From: Octopus sinensis
Taxonomy: Eukaryota
NCBI RefSeq assembly: GCF_006345805.1
Contig: NC_043003.1
Span: forward strand, 79,980,001-80,044,000
Direction of reading: 5' to 3'
DNA length: 64,000 bases
Part shown: positions 62,501-64,000 of the stretch, in pieces
How positions within the stretch are numbered: position 1 is the stretch's first letter
How the letters are laid out: the number at the start of each line of letters is the position of its first letter
Made by a program: the position numbers and the translations under genes
Notes under the pieces: model-generated
Databases searched by the model: none
Told to the model about the DNA's origin: nothing
Seen by the model: the letters and a program-made list of their open reading frames with translations, nothing else

Positions 62501-63384
62501 ATTTGTTTGTGAGGGAGATATTAGTGTAGAAAATGGATTTCCATGTATTTTAAGTGATGATCTACACATAATGTGTTGGTGGTGATGTTGAGAATCGTGA
62601 TGGAGTGATTAGAAGCAGTGGTGACAGTGAAGGTGTTTGTTTGTTTTAATTGTTTGGACAGAGGGATGTTTGCAAATGTTATGAAAAGAAAAGTATATAA
62701 AACTTGTCATTAAGATTTGGTTCGCAGAAGCCGCGCATATACATATATATGTATGTATGTACGTATGTACATAAGTACGTGCTTGTGTGTTATATTTGCC
62801 TCTTCATGTATCGTGTGCGTGCGTGAAGGTGCACGTGTGGTTGAGTTGACGAGATCTCGGAAAGGTAGTAATGAGTAAGCACATGAAAAGAAAAAGAAAA
62901 CCCTTAGAAATGAAAGACATTGGAGTGTCTTGCATGATGTTTCTTAAAGAAGATGGCTGTCGGGTGTTTGTAGTTACATCTTATATGGCTAGCACTGGAC
63001 TCAAAAAAGAACAACAGAGTAGTAATACTTGAGTCGTAAAAAGGAAAAGAGAATTCTTTGCAACATATATATCAGGAGCACATTAGAAATTTACAGACTC
63101 GAGACAAACGAATAAAACATACACTAACGTGTTCGAAATGGTTAGACCAATAGTCAGCTTTTTGTGAACGAAATCATCAAGGACATTCCTTTTAAAATGC
63201 TGCTAGGTTATGTGGAAGAAGTGCTTCTATGGGAAGATGCCGTAATCGCTGTGATTTTCTGTTGAACTCCACCAATGTTTAAATATATAAACAAAAATAA
63301 CATACAAGAACTTACATGTATCGAGTTTTTCTCACATAACCATATTTGTATATATCTATAAATTTATACGCACATGTATGCACA

Positions 63385-63742
63385 TACACACGCACATATA
63401 TGCGTGACCCCCTTCAGTCAGACACTGACCATGGGCTTGCACCTAAAGAGTTACTCTCTGAGGCACAAGTCTGGGCAAAGTTGTTTTTTATGGAAGACCA
63501 GCAGTCGCCCATGCATACCAGCCTCCCCTCTCCACGCCACCAGTGTTATCCAAGGGAAAGGCAAAGGCCGATACAGCTTGGCACCAGTGATGTTGCAACT
63601 CATTTCTACAGCTGAGTGAACTGGAGCAACGTGAACTAAAGCGTCTTGCTCAAGAACACAACACGCAGCCCGGTCCGGGATTCGAGCTCACAACCTCACG
63701 ATCGTAAGCTCGACGCTCTAACCACTGAGCCACGCGCCTTCA
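63385..63742 (-). mobile_element. CORE-SINE with tRNA(Arg)-like head (OR2-like)
   Basis: Head gtgaaggcgcgtggctcagtggttagagcgtcgagcttacgatcg; tgtgttcttgagcaagacgctttagttcacgttgctccagttcactcagctgtagaaatgag aligns with the MIR CORE consensus. Confidence 0.88.
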
Positions 63743-64000
63743 CACACACACATATATATTACAGTAACATCAGCGCCAGGTAGTATTAGGCATAAGTAAA
63801 TTTTAGGTTATTTAAAATATGTTTCTTACATATGTCAACTGCTAAAGTCAGATTCACTGCAGTTACCACGGAGAAAATATTTTCTCTTATGATAAAGAAG
63901 GTGTAAAAACACCATGTCTGTCCAATGCTGTCACCTGTCGGATTCCCAGACATCGATGTTTCTAGCTTCTGAGTGGGAATCAATAGGAATTAGCGAAGAG

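Noticed and set aside
1-64000. CRISPR arrays, prokaryotic operons or rRNA genes
   Set aside because: No regularly spaced repeat-spacer array or rRNA similarity seen; the SINE array has irregular, diverged units of about 200 bp.

Overview
AT-rich, microsatellite-laden eukaryotic genomic DNA. The SINE repertoire (tRNA-derived heads, CORE-like and Deu/Nin-like cores) looks like an octopus genome; this is an inference from recognising the repeats. The window is mostly decayed transposons: a near full-length Neptune-type Penelope-like element, pLTR-like relics with fossil hammerhead ribozymes, four LINE 5' fragments (three Tx1-like ORF1s and one Myb+CCCH ORF1), R4/Dong LINEs in (TAA)n arrays, three Gypsy relics (one full-length and nested in a Dong), several Tc1/mariner/maT relics, MITEs and many SINEs. 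No intact multi-exon gene is visible. The only good host-gene candidates are a plus-strand exon (15931-16166) encoding a signal-peptide-like 33 aa start, and a possible minus-strand non-coding exon with a donor at 30888. The most unusual structure is a 1.2 kb element bounded by mariner TIRs and TA TSDs (27676-28890) whose interior is a LINE 5'UTR+ORF1 fused in frame to mariner transposase. A second, independent ORF1-mariner junction lies about 6 kb away. Most ORFs in the supplied track are microsatellite artefacts. Coordinates were read by eye; TE boundaries are approximate unless a TSD or TIR is cited.
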